Positions 42,800 through 51,910 of a stretch of DNA of 56,478 bases are shown in pieces (the stretch's first letter is position 1; each line of letters begins with the position of its first letter). A program made the position numbers and the translations under genes. Source of the DNA: an uncultured Gemmatimonadota bacterium. Its GTDB lineage: Bacteria; Gemmatimonadota; Gemmatimonadetes; Palauibacterales; Palauibacteraceae. The notes under the pieces are model-generated. The model was given only the letters and a program-made list of their open reading frames with translations, ran no database searches and was not told the origin of the DNA. The stretch covers positions 1 through 56,478 of the forward strand of contig CAZEBA010000022.1 in NCBI GenBank assembly GCA_964510615.1, read 5' to 3'.

Positions 42800-43273
42800 T
42801 CAGCGCGGCGGGAGGGGAAGCCACCGGTTCACCCGCACGCGATAGACCTCGTACTCGTCTCCGAACTGGCGCCTCAGCGTGGGCTCCTCATAAAAGACGA
42901 CAAACGAGTGGAAGGCGGCGCCGGCGAAGAGGGCGTACAGAAACAGGATCGGGGCTTGAAGCAGGATGCCCCAACCCAGTATCACCGTGAGGACGGCGAC
43001 GTACATCGGATTTCGCGTGTATCGGTAGAGGCCGCGGATGACCAGCTTCTTGGGGGCGTCGATCGGGGCCGGCGTCCCGCGGCCAAAGGTGGCGAAGTCC
43101 CAAACGCACCGGAGGTACAGGGCTCCACCCAGCGCGAGCATCGCGAGCCCGATGGCGAACGTCACGCCCGGTGGCGGCGGGAATCGGCTTCGGGCGAGGT
43201 ATAGGGGCAGCAGGACGGCACCCGTGCCGGGCACCACGAGGGTGAACAGCAGGTTCTTTAGCAGGAGCATCAT
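42800..43273 (-). CDS. Isoprenylcysteine carboxyl methyltransferase (ICMT/PEMT)-like membrane methyltransferase.
   Basis: Four transmembrane segments are predicted. The motifs LVIRGLYRYTRNPMY and FGDEYEVYRVRV… are characteristic of ICMT/PEMT. Confidence 0.65.
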   Translation of the reverse strand: MMLLLKNLLFTLVVPGTGAVLLPLYLARSRFPPPPGVTFAIGLAMLALGGALYLRCVWDFATFGRGTPAPIDAPKKLVIRGLYRYTRNPMYVAVLTVILGWGILLQAPILFLYALFAGAAFHSFVVFYEEPTLRRQFGDEYEVYRVRVNRWLPLPPR

Positions 43274-43385
43274 CTCAGCCCGAGCCGGTTCAGCCGCAAT
43301 GTAGCATCGGACGATCGCTCACGAGTATCCGACGATGGCTCACGAAGGACGATCCGGCGACGAGAAGATCGGGAGGAGGTGCGCA

Positions 43386-44357
43386 GTGGAGAGAGAAGCA
43401 CGGGGCGGCCCGCTCATTGTCTCGAGACGTGAGTTCCTGCGCGCCGGCGCGGCCGGCTTGGCCCTCGTGCCGATAGGATTCGGTCCGCGCAACGGCGCGG
43501 CCTTGGATCTTTCTCCCGTGCCTTCCCAGGTTTCGTCGATGCACGCGCGTCCGATCCCCTCCTCCGGGGAGCCGTTGCCGATCGTCGGTCTCGGTACCTG
43601 GCAGGCGTTCGATGTAGGTGGCTCGGAGCCCGAGCTCGAGCCACGCCGCGAGGTGCTGCGGCTGCTCGTCGAGCGTGGGGGAAGGCTGGTCGACTCGTCG
43701 CCGATGTACGGGCGCTCCGAGGAGGTCGTTGGCCGCCTGTCGTCGGAGCTCCGTATCCAAGACCGGCTGTTCTTCGCGACCAAGGTATGGACGCGCGGCC
43801 GGGACGCCGGGATCCGGCAGATGGAGACCTCCATGGACCGAATGCGGGCGCGGCCGATGGATCTCATGCAGGTTCACAACCTGGTGGATGTGGGCCGCCA
43901 TCTCGAGACGCTGCGCGAATGGAAGAGCGCCGGCCGCATCCGCTACCTCGGCGTCACCCACTATCAGGTCGGCGCGTACGACCAGCTCATGGCGCTGATT
44001 CGGTCCGAGAACCTCGACTTCGTGCAGTTCAACTACTCGATCGCCACGAGGGAAGCCGAGCGCCGGCTCCTTCCGCTCGCCGCCGATCACGGGACGGCCG
44101 TGATCGTCAACCGGCCGTACGAGGGCGGGGAGCTCTTCCGCCGGATCCGAGGCCGACAGCTGCCGGCGTGGGCGGCCGAGTTCGACTGCGGAAGCTGGGG
44201 CCAGTTCTTCCTCAAGTACGTGCTCGCCGCCCCCGAGGTGACCTGCGCCATCCCCGGGACCTCCGACCCCGAGCATCTCCTCGACAACGTGGCGGCCGGG
44301 TACGGGCGGCTGCCGGACGCGGCTACCCGTCGCCGGATGGCGGAATGGTTCGACTAG
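43386..44357 (+). CDS. Tat-secreted aldo/keto reductase.
   Basis: A GTG start sits 6 nt after GGGAGGAGG. A twin-arginine signal (SRREFLRAGAAGLALVP) is present. AKR motifs (GLGTWQAF, YLGVTHY, VIVNRPY) are present. Confidence 0.7.
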   Translation: MEREARGGPLIVSRREFLRAGAAGLALVPIGFGPRNGAALDLSPVPSQVSSMHARPIPSSGEPLPIVGLGTWQAFDVGGSEPELEPRREVLRLLVERGGRLVDSSPMYGRSEEVVGRLSSELRIQDRLFFATKVWTRGRDAGIRQMETSMDRMRARPMDLMQVHNLVDVGRHLETLREWKSAGRIRYLGVTHYQVGAYDQLMALIRSENLDFVQFNYSIATREAERRLLPLAADHGTAVIVNRPYEGGELFRRIRGRQLPAWAAEFDCGSWGQFFLKYVLAAPEVTCAIPGTSDPEHLLDNVAAGYGRLPDAATRRRMAEWFD

Positions 44358-44441
44358 AGGTGGGCTCGGCCTCCTGGGGCGGACGGAGCGGGTAGTCTAG
44401 CGTGCGCTCCGCCAACGCCCATCAACCGCCGTTGAGCCCGG

Positions 44442-44459
44442 GCGTCTCCGCGGAGACGC
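44442..44459. repeat. 18-bp perfect palindrome GCGTCTCCGCGGAGACGC, immediately downstream of the HNH gene stop.
   Basis: Read directly from the sequence. The same core CGTCTCCGCGGAGACG also occurs at 44974-44989 and 45085-45100. Confidence 0.9.
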
Positions 44460-44460
44460 C

Positions 44461-45915
44461 TCATGTCGATGCCTCCCACGGCGGCGGTCTCCGAAGAGTG
44501 AAGAGCGCCCATTCGAGGTCAAGGGGCTCGCCTTGCCATGCCGGCGTCGGGGTCCAGGGGTCGATCTCGAGGTCCCGCTGCGGCCCTTCCAGCGCGGCCA
44601 CCGGGTCTTCACCGAGCGGGGAAGGGGCGGGCACCTCCGGAAAGAGGCGCCCGTCGGGCCGGTGGAAGCGCACCTCCCCGTCTGGGCGCCTCACGACCAG
44701 CCAGCCGTCCTCGTGGACCAGGCGGTGATGGCGGCGGCAGAGGAGGGTGAGGTTGTCGAGCTTCGTTTCGCCCCCGTCCGCCCAGTGCCGAATGTGATGC
44801 GCGTCGCAGTAGCGGGAGACGCAGCCGGGGAAGCGGCAGCCTCCGTCGCGGCGGTCGAGCGCCCGGCGGAGCGCCGGCGGCACGGCGCGCGTCCGGCGGC
44901 CGACGTCCAGCACGCCCCCCGCCTGGTCGTGCGTCATCATCACCACCGCCGCGTCGCAAGCTAGCCGCCTTGACGTCTCCGCGGAGACGTGCGGGCCCGC
45001 CTCGATGCGTGACTCGCCCGTTGCCTCGGCGGCCCCGTCGGCTGCGCCATCGGCGGCCCCGTCGCTGGTGCTGGCCCCGGCCAGCGTCTCCGCGGAGACG
45101 TGCACGACCACCTGGAACCGCGCCGCGCGGCCGATCACGGGAGCCGGCGCCCGCTTCGCGGCCTGAGCTTCGCTCACCGCCGCCGGCTCCGACGGCGCCT
45201 CCCGCTTCCTCCCATCCCTCCGCGCCTTCGTTCCACGCTCCGATGCCCCGATCCCTCCGGCGAGCGCCAGCTCGGCCACCAGCCCCAGCGCATCGGCGCG
45301 CCGTGCTTCGGCGGGCGTCTCCGGATCGGCGGTCTCCCCGGCGTAGAGCGCCTCCCCGGCGGCCTCGAGCGCCCGGCGGAGCACCGCTCCCGCCTCGGGG
45401 TCCAGCCGTCCCCGGATCGACCAGGAGCCGTCCGCTTCCGGCAGCAGCCAGAGCTCCCGGCGCGCGTGACGCTCCCGCTCTTCCTCCTCCGCCCGGTCGG
45501 CCGCCCGCCACCCCCGGACCAGCCGCTCGAGCTGCGCGGCCGGCGTGTACCGCGCGACCTCGGCCAGCTCCGCCTCGTTCTCCGGCGTGGCCACCCGCGT
45601 CAGCGCGCGGGCCGCCGAGTAGCTCAGGCGCCCCGTGCGGATGGCCTCGCTCAGGTGCGGAAGCGGCCCGAGCGCCCGCGCCACCCGGACCTTCTCCCGC
45701 GCCGCGCCGGGCGTGATGCCGGTGCGCCAGCTCAGCCACCCAGCGCAGCTCTGGAAGCCCTCCTCGTGCCAGCCCTCCCGCTCGTCGAACTCGCGGATCA
45801 TGCAGAGTAGCCGGTAGGTGGCCGCCTGGATGTGCGCCGAGAGGCGGGCGATCTCGTCGCCCAGCCGTGCCAGCGATCCGGGCGCGGCGGAGTCGTAGGA
45901 TGCGAATTGGATCAC
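44461..45915 (-). CDS. DUF222 + HNH endonuclease protein of the REP13E12 family, a selfish-element gene.
   Basis: A GTG start follows GGAGG. The HNH motif at the C-terminus reads CRFPGCVSRYCDAHHIRHWADGGETKLDNLTLLCRRHHRLVHEDGW, with a Cys4 Zn pair. A conserved …SAETSRRLACDA… motif is present. The gene contains two copies of an 18-bp palindrome, and a third copy lies just past the stop. Confidence 0.75.
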   Translation of the reverse strand: MIQFASYDSAAPGSLARLGDEIARLSAHIQAATYRLLCMIREFDEREGWHEEGFQSCAGWLSWRTGITPGAAREKVRVARALGPLPHLSEAIRTGRLSYSAARALTRVATPENEAELAEVARYTPAAQLERLVRGWRAADRAEEEERERHARRELWLLPEADGSWSIRGRLDPEAGAVLRRALEAAGEALYAGETADPETPAEARRADALGLVAELALAGGIGASERGTKARRDGRKREAPSEPAAVSEAQAAKRAPAPVIGRAARFQVVVHVSAETLAGASTSDGAADGAADGAAEATGESRIEAGPHVSAETSRRLACDAAVVMMTHDQAGGVLDVGRRTRAVPPALRRALDRRDGGCRFPGCVSRYCDAHHIRHWADGGETKLDNLTLLCRRHHRLVHEDGWLVVRRPDGEVRFHRPDGRLFPEVPAPSPLGEDPVAALEGPQRDLEIDPWTPTPAWQGEPLDLEWALFTLRRPPPWEAST

Positions 45916-46296
45916 GGAAAACCTCCGTTCTCGGAACCCCGAAGATACCCCGAAATATAACACCGGGGTTTTCGGCGCTCGTACCGCCGCCCTCGCCGAC
46001 GAACGGGCGGAAGAGACCCATTTGATGGCCTTGGAGGCCACGCCCGCCGGCAGGAACCGCACAGTAGGTCCGGAGGGGGTTCGCTGAGGCGATCCCGGAC
46101 TCCGACGGAGCGCCGCCCCGAAAGTTGTCAAGGGGGTATGTTCGGGAACCTGCCGGTCCGTGAGTGCGCCGGCACCCGCCGCGCCGAGCTGTGGGCCTTG
46201 AGGAGGCGGTCGAGATCGCGCGTCCACCCCCGAGCGGCACACCCTTCCGGAGTGCAGGCCGCACAGCTCGACCGGAGCAACTGATCCGGCACCTTC

Positions 46297-47553
46297 TCAA
46301 GCCGCCCGGACGACAAGCTCCGGACGCGCACGCGCGCCGTCCAGATACGACGCCAGGTGCGCGCTCAGGTCCCGCGCATCGTCCCCGACACCGTCGATCA
46401 GCGTCGACTTGCGGCGCCGCAGGAACGGCAGCCCCAGCACGTAGACGCCCGGCGACTCGGTGACGACACCTCCGTCGTGCCGGATGCGGCCTTTCCGGTC
46501 GAGAACGGGCAGGTCGAGCCACGAGTAGTCGGGACGGTATCCGGTCGCCCAGAGGATCGTCCGGATCGTGCCGAGATCCAGGCTCAGCGGAGGGGAAGCC
46601 TCCACCCGGGTCGGCTCGAGGCGGTGCGGCGGGTCGATCACTCCGTCGAGGGACCTCTCCGATGCCCACTCGTCGATCCGGTCGAGCAGCCGGTTCATCT
46701 TCAGATCCGACATCGCGCACAGGTTTGCCAGCGATCCCGAGAACTGAGCCTTTCCATCCTGCATGCCCGCGAGACGGCCGACGAGCCGGACTCCCAGGTC
46801 GGTCAGGCGGTTGAGGTCGAGATCCCTCCGGTCGTCCACGAGCTGCAGGGAGGGCAGGCTGCGGACGCGCACGAGGTTGTCCGCCTCGTCGTAGCGCTCA
46901 TCCAGCACGCCGGTGACGTCCATCCACCACTGGATGTCCTTGCCCCGGTATGCTCGCGGGACTCGTACGTGCTCTCCGACCGCCAGGGTCACGGGCCGTC
47001 CGGAGCGGTGGATCTCCTCGGCGATCTGGAGTCCCGAGGCGGCGGCGCCGACGACCAGCACCCCGCCTGCGTCGAGCTGGTCCGGATTGCGGTACTCCCG
47101 GGGCGTCAACATGTCGATCCCGCTCGGGACCGATTCGGCCACGGCCGGAACGTTCGGGGTGTTGAACGCCCCGGTGGCGATCACGACGGCCTCGCACCGC
47201 CAGGTGCCGTGGTTCGTGACGACCTCGTAGCCGTCATGACGCGGCCGAACCGAGAGGACGGTGGTGTGAGTCCGGACGGGGGCCGAGGTGACGTCCGCAT
47301 ACCGCTCGAGGAAGTCGATCGTCTCGGGCATCGTTCGATACCCGTCCGGATCGTCGCCCTCGTAGCCGAAGCCGGGCAGCCGGCTCTGCCAGTTGGGCGT
47401 GAGCAGCCGCAGCGAGTCCCACCGCTCGGTCTTCCACGTGTTCGCCACCTCTCCGCGCTCGAGCACGACGTGGTCGATCGAGCGCTCGGCGAGGCAGCGG
47501 CTCATGGCCAGCCCGGCCTGGCCGGCTCCGATCACTACGGTCGTCGTGCGCAT
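46297..47553 (-). CDS. FAD/NAD(P)-dependent flavoprotein monooxygenase, class B (FMO-like).
   Basis: An N-terminal Rossmann motif (VVIGAGQAGLA) and a second GxGxxG motif (VVGAAASG) are present. Confidence 0.65.
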   Translation of the reverse strand: MRTTTVVIGAGQAGLAMSRCLAERSIDHVVLERGEVANTWKTERWDSLRLLTPNWQSRLPGFGYEGDDPDGYRTMPETIDFLERYADVTSAPVRTHTTVLSVRPRHDGYEVVTNHGTWRCEAVVIATGAFNTPNVPAVAESVPSGIDMLTPREYRNPDQLDAGGVLVVGAAASGLQIAEEIHRSGRPVTLAVGEHVRVPRAYRGKDIQWWMDVTGVLDERYDEADNLVRVRSLPSLQLVDDRRDLDLNRLTDLGVRLVGRLAGMQDGKAQFSGSLANLCAMSDLKMNRLLDRIDEWASERSLDGVIDPPHRLEPTRVEASPPLSLDLGTIRTILWATGYRPDYSWLDLPVLDRKGRIRHDGGVVTESPGVYVLGLPFLRRRKSTLIDGVGDDARDLSAHLASYLDGARARPELVVRAA

Positions 47554-47581
47554 GGTTGCCTCCCTTTATGCGGTGCCGGAT

Positions 47582-48142
47582 CTAGAGGACCTCGACCGCG
47601 ACGTTGGTCGGGTTGGTGACGATGTCGAAGACGGCCGAGCGCTTCTGCGACTGGGCCACGACGGCCTTGATCTCGTCCGGCGTTGCGTCGGCATCGATCT
47701 CGTAGGTCACCTTGATGCCGCTGAAGCCGTTCCGGACCTCGGGATCGATTCCGAGGATGCCCTGGATGTCCATCCCGCCTTCCAGGGTCGCCTTCACGGA
47801 CCGGAGCTGGATCTCGCGGTTCTGGGCCACCGAGGCGATGCCGGCGGTCAGGCAGCTCGCCAGGCCGGACAACACGAGCTCGACGGGCGTGGCTCCGTGA
47901 TCCTCGGACGCGAAGATCTCCGGGTGATCGGCCTCGAACGTGAACGTCGACCGGTGCTTCTGCTCCTCGCCCAGCCCGAAGAACCCCTCGACGGTGGATC
48001 GGCTGTGCGTGCCTCGGATCCACTCGTTGGTCGCTCGCCAGGTGAATTGGGCTGCCTCGGGCATCTCCGTCAGGGCCTCGCGCGCCTCGAGCAACGCGGC
48101 GACGTTGACACCGTTGTCGACAGGAGCGGTCGTTCTCGTCAT
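47582..48142 (-). CDS. OsmC-family protein.
   Basis: The ATG at 48142 follows GGGAGG. The motifs SGLASCLTAG and a C-terminal VFDIVTNPT… are present. Confidence 0.55.
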   Translation of the reverse strand: MTRTTAPVDNGVNVAALLEAREALTEMPEAAQFTWRATNEWIRGTHSRSTVEGFFGLGEEQKHRSTFTFEADHPEIFASEDHGATPVELVLSGLASCLTAGIASVAQNREIQLRSVKATLEGGMDIQGILGIDPEVRNGFSGIKVTYEIDADATPDEIKAVVAQSQKRSAVFDIVTNPTNVAVEVL

Positions 48143-48256
48143 GATTCCTCCCATGGTCCTTGATCCCTGTCATCCAGCGTGGAGATCGGTCTTATTCACA
48201 GATGCGAAGAAGCCGTCCGGGACCGGACATGGCGAGGTCGATTCGGAGAACTGCTC

Positions 48257-48526
48257 ATGCTCTACATGATTATCGAATCCTTCCGCGGCGGTGACGCCGG
48301 ACCGGTCTACCGTCGCCTTCGCGAGTCGGGACGCCAGCTGCCGGATGGCCTTGGGTATGAGGGCAGCTGGGTCACGCGGGATCTCACCCGTTGCTATCAG
48401 GTCATGCGGTGCGAAGACGGTGCACTGCTTGACGAGTGGATGTCGTGCTGGAAAGATCTCGTTGACTTCGAGGTCATACCGGTCATGACCTCCGCCGAGG
48501 CTGCCGCTGCAGCTCTCGGGGGCTGA
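48257..48526 (+). CDS. Small DUF3303-like protein.
   Basis: The ATG follows GGAGAA. The N-terminus reads MLYMIIESFRGGDAGPVYRRL. The protein is about 90 aa. Confidence 0.4.
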   Translation: MLYMIIESFRGGDAGPVYRRLRESGRQLPDGLGYEGSWVTRDLTRCYQVMRCEDGALLDEWMSCWKDLVDFEVIPVMTSAEAAAAALGG

Positions 48527-48567
48527 CCGGCCATCTCACGGGACTACGTCATGAGGACGGTTGCCGC

Positions 48568-49539
48568 GTGATCGACGTCGACGGTGTGACGAAGCGCTTC
48601 GGCCGGATCACGGCTGTGGAGGACCTCAGCTTTCGGGTGGATCGCGGAGAGGTCGTCGGGTTTCTCGGCCCCAACGGTGCCGGGAAGACGACCACCATGC
48701 GTCTGCTCACCGGCACGTTGGAGCCGGACGAAGGCCAGGTGGCGTTTGACAACCGGCCGATCGCGGAGGGACTGCGGGAGGCGAAAGGGCGGGTCGGCTA
48801 CCTGCCCGAGGCCAACCCGCTCTACGACGAGATGCTCGTCTGCGACTACCTCGAGTTCGCGGCCGAGCTGCGAGGGCTCCGAGGCCGGGAAGCCCGGGGC
48901 GCGGTGGGCGAGGCGGCCTCCGAGACCAACCTGGACGACGTCTTCTTCCGTCCCGTCGGCGAGCTCTCGAAGGGCTACAGGCAGCGCGTCGGCCTCGCCG
49001 CTGCGATTCTGCACCAGCCGGAGATCCTGATTCTCGATGAGCCGACGGAGGGTCTGGATCCGAATCAGCGGGTGGAGATTCGACGGTTGGTCAGCGAGCT
49101 GGGCCGCGAGCGAACCGTGATCCTCAGCACCCACGTGATGCAGGAAGCGGAGGCCACCTGCAGCCGCCTGATCATCGTCTCGCGAGGCCGGCTGGTGGCC
49201 GATGGGAGCGTCGGCGACCTGCTCTCGGGTCGGGGCGGCGGCGCACGGTATCTGGTCGAGGCCGAAGGCGACGGGATCGCAGAGGCGCTCGATCAGGTTC
49301 CGGAGGTCCAGAGCGTCTCCGTGGAGCAGGCCGGCGCACAAGCCGGGGGGCGGACCCGCCTCCGGCTGAGCGCCTCCGCGCGCGAGGATCTGCGGCCGTT
49401 GGTGTTTCGCCTCGCGAAGGAAAGGGGGTGGACGCTGTGGGAGCTTCATCTGGAGCGGGCGAGCCTGGAGCAGCTCTTCCGCGAGCTGACGGCGGGTGAG
49501 CCCGAACGAAGGAAGCCGCAGGAGGAGGTGCCGGACTGA
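48568..49539 (+). CDS. ABC transporter ATP-binding protein (GldA-like).
   Basis: Walker A (GPNGAGKTT), the ABC signature LSKGYRQR and Walker B (ILILDEPT) are present. The start is GTG. Confidence 0.8.
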   Translation: MIDVDGVTKRFGRITAVEDLSFRVDRGEVVGFLGPNGAGKTTTMRLLTGTLEPDEGQVAFDNRPIAEGLREAKGRVGYLPEANPLYDEMLVCDYLEFAAELRGLRGREARGAVGEAASETNLDDVFFRPVGELSKGYRQRVGLAAAILHQPEILILDEPTEGLDPNQRVEIRRLVSELGRERTVILSTHVMQEAEATCSRLIIVSRGRLVADGSVGDLLSGRGGGARYLVEAEGDGIAEALDQVPEVQSVSVEQAGAQAGGRTRLRLSASAREDLRPLVFRLAKERGWTLWELHLERASLEQLFRELTAGEPERRKPQEEVPD

Positions 49540-51845
49540 TGGGGCGCTTCCGCACGCTGGCCCGGTACGAGCTACGCTCCTTCGTCGACCATCCGGCGGC
49601 CTACGTCCTGGCGATCGCCTTCCTCGCCCTGGCGCTGTTTCTGTCCCTGAGACAGGCGCTGGCGAGCGGGATCGCCACGATGCGCCCCCTCTTCGATCTG
49701 CTTCCCTGGCTGCTGGCCATCTATGTGCCGGCCGTGACGATGCGGAGCCTGGCCGAGGAGCGGCGCGGACACACGCTGGAGTGGCTGATGGGCCAGCCGG
49801 TGAGCGAGCTCGATGTGGTGGCCGGCAAGTTCATGGGCAACTGGCTCTTCGTGCTCGCGGTGCTGGCGGGCACGCTCCCGACCGCGCTCGCCCTTCTCGC
49901 CATCTCGGACGCCGACCCGGGCATCATGACCGCCCAGTATGCCGGTTCGGCGCTGCTGGCGGCCGAGTTCGTCGCCATCGGCCTGGCCGCCTCGGCGGCC
50001 ACCCGCAACCAGATCACGGCCTTCGTCCTGGCCACCGCGATCAGCCTCACGCTGGTGCTGTTCGGCACCCCCCTGGTGCAGATCGGCCTGCCTCCGCTGC
50101 TCGGTGGTTGGGTGGCGAGGCTGTCGGTCCTCGGCCACTTCGAGAACGTGGCCCGCGGTGTGATCGACCTGCGCGACGTCCTCTACTTCTTCTCGTCGGC
50201 TGCGTTCTTCCTCATCCTGGCGGTGGCCCTGATCAGTCGGGATCGGCTTAGCGTGGAGCGCGGAGCCTTCCGGAGACTGAGGACGGGTGTGATCGTCGTG
50301 GGCGCGGGGGTGGTGGTGCTCAACCTGCTCGGCGGGTACGTGCGGGGCCGACTCGATCTGACGCGGCAGAACCTCTACACGCTCGCCTCCGGCACGCGCG
50401 GGATCCTCGGCGGGCTGGACGATGTGGTGACGATCAAGCTGGTTGCATCCCGGGAGCTGCCGCCCGAGGTGCAACTTGTCCAGCGCGACGTTCGCGACCT
50501 GCTGGCGGACTTCGCCCGGGCGGGCGGAAGCCTGGTGGTCGTCCAGGACATCGATCCGGCCCGGAGCGACGAGGCCGCGGAAGAGGCGTCGGCGCTCGGA
50601 ATCTCGCCGATCGAGTTCAACGTCCTAAGGGACGACGAATTCGAGGTGAAGCGAGGCTGGTTCGGCCTCGCCGTCCTGTACGCGGACGAGCGCGAGGTGA
50701 TCTCGCCGATCGACCGCACGGACGACCTCGAGTATCGACTGGCTGCCTCGATCGCGTCGATGACCCGATCCGAGAAGCCGGCTGTCGCGTTCGTCACCGA
50801 TTTCGGAGCGCGTGGTCCGTTCCAGTTGTCGGCGCTGCGGTCCGCGCTCTCGGACCGCTACGATGTCCGGGGCTTCGAGCTGCAGCCGGAGCCGCCGGAT
50901 TCGGCCTCGTCCGAGGACTCCACCGCGGGTGAGGCCCCGGTCCGTCCCGTTGCTGCCCCGCCGATCTCGACCGACTCGTTTCCGGTGATCGTCCTCGCGG
51001 GGCCCACGTCTCCGCTCGACTCCGCCGCCGCCCGGCGGCTCGGCGGCTATCTGGCCGATGGCGGGGCCGCGCTGCTGCTCCTCGAGGGGGCAGAGATCTC
51101 GATGCAGAATCTGATGGCTCAGCCGATCGCCACCGGGCTCGACAGCCAGCTGGCGCAGCTGGGCGTTCACCTGCCGGGAGGTGTCGTCTACGATCTCCGC
51201 TCCAGCGAGCGAATCAACCTCGGCCAGCGGGGCATGTTCAGCGTCATCACGGCCTATCCGTTCTGGCCGATCGCCTTTCGCGCCTCGGACCACGCGATCA
51301 CGCGCGATCTGACGAACGTCACGTTCGGCTGGGCCAGTCCGGTCGAGATCTGGGACTCATCGCTGGCAACACCTCTCTGGACGACGACGGACGCGGCAGG
51401 CGTGGCGCCCGCGTTCACGTCCGTGTCGCCCCAGGCGGCGCCGGCGACCATGAACCCCGATTCACTCGGACGACGAGTCCTCGCCGCCGCGATCGATCCC
51501 CGGACGACTGCCGACACGGTTCAGGAAGCGCCGCCCGGCGGACGGGTCGTCGTGGTGGGCGACGCCGAGTTCCTGCAGGATGATTTCGTCGGAGCCAATC
51601 CGCAGAACCTCGTGTTCGCGGCGAACGCCATTGACTGGCTGGCCCAGGACGAGGCGCTGATCCGCATCCGCTCCAAGAACCGGGCGCCGCCGGCGCTGGC
51701 GTTCACGTCGGAGGCGCAGCAGGCCGGCTTCAAGTGGGGGAGCCTGATCGGGGTCCCTCTGCTGCTGGCGGCCCTCGGGATCATCCGCGTGACCCGACGG
51801 GTGTCCCGGGCCCGGCGACGGTGGAAGGGGGCGTACGACGAATGA
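49539..51845 (+). CDS. Fusion of an ABC-2 permease (GldF-like) with a GldG-like periplasmic domain.
   Basis: An ATGA start/stop overlap couples it to the upstream gene. The N-terminal 6-TM ABC-2 region (…YVPAVTMRSLAEERRGHTLEWLMGQP…) is followed by a large extracytoplasmic domain and a C-terminal transmembrane segment (768 aa). Confidence 0.6.
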   Translation: MGRFRTLARYELRSFVDHPAAYVLAIAFLALALFLSLRQALASGIATMRPLFDLLPWLLAIYVPAVTMRSLAEERRGHTLEWLMGQPVSELDVVAGKFMGNWLFVLAVLAGTLPTALALLAISDADPGIMTAQYAGSALLAAEFVAIGLAASAATRNQITAFVLATAISLTLVLFGTPLVQIGLPPLLGGWVARLSVLGHFENVARGVIDLRDVLYFFSSAAFFLILAVALISRDRLSVERGAFRRLRTGVIVVGAGVVVLNLLGGYVRGRLDLTRQNLYTLASGTRGILGGLDDVVTIKLVASRELPPEVQLVQRDVRDLLADFARAGGSLVVVQDIDPARSDEAAEEASALGISPIEFNVLRDDEFEVKRGWFGLAVLYADEREVISPIDRTDDLEYRLAASIASMTRSEKPAVAFVTDFGARGPFQLSALRSALSDRYDVRGFELQPEPPDSASSEDSTAGEAPVRPVAAPPISTDSFPVIVLAGPTSPLDSAAARRLGGYLADGGAALLLLEGAEISMQNLMAQPIATGLDSQLAQLGVHLPGGVVYDLRSSERINLGQRGMFSVITAYPFWPIAFRASDHAITRDLTNVTFGWASPVEIWDSSLATPLWTTTDAAGVAPAFTSVSPQAAPATMNPDSLGRRVLAAAIDPRTTADTVQEAPPGGRVVVVGDAEFLQDDFVGANPQNLVFAANAIDWLAQDEALIRIRSKNRAPPALAFTSEAQQAGFKWGSLIGVPLLLAALGIIRVTRRVSRARRRWKGAYDE

Positions 51846-51910
51846 GACCCGTGCGCTTGGGCGATTGAGACCCATGAGCTGCGGCGTTTGAGGCCCATGA
51901 GCTGCGCCCG

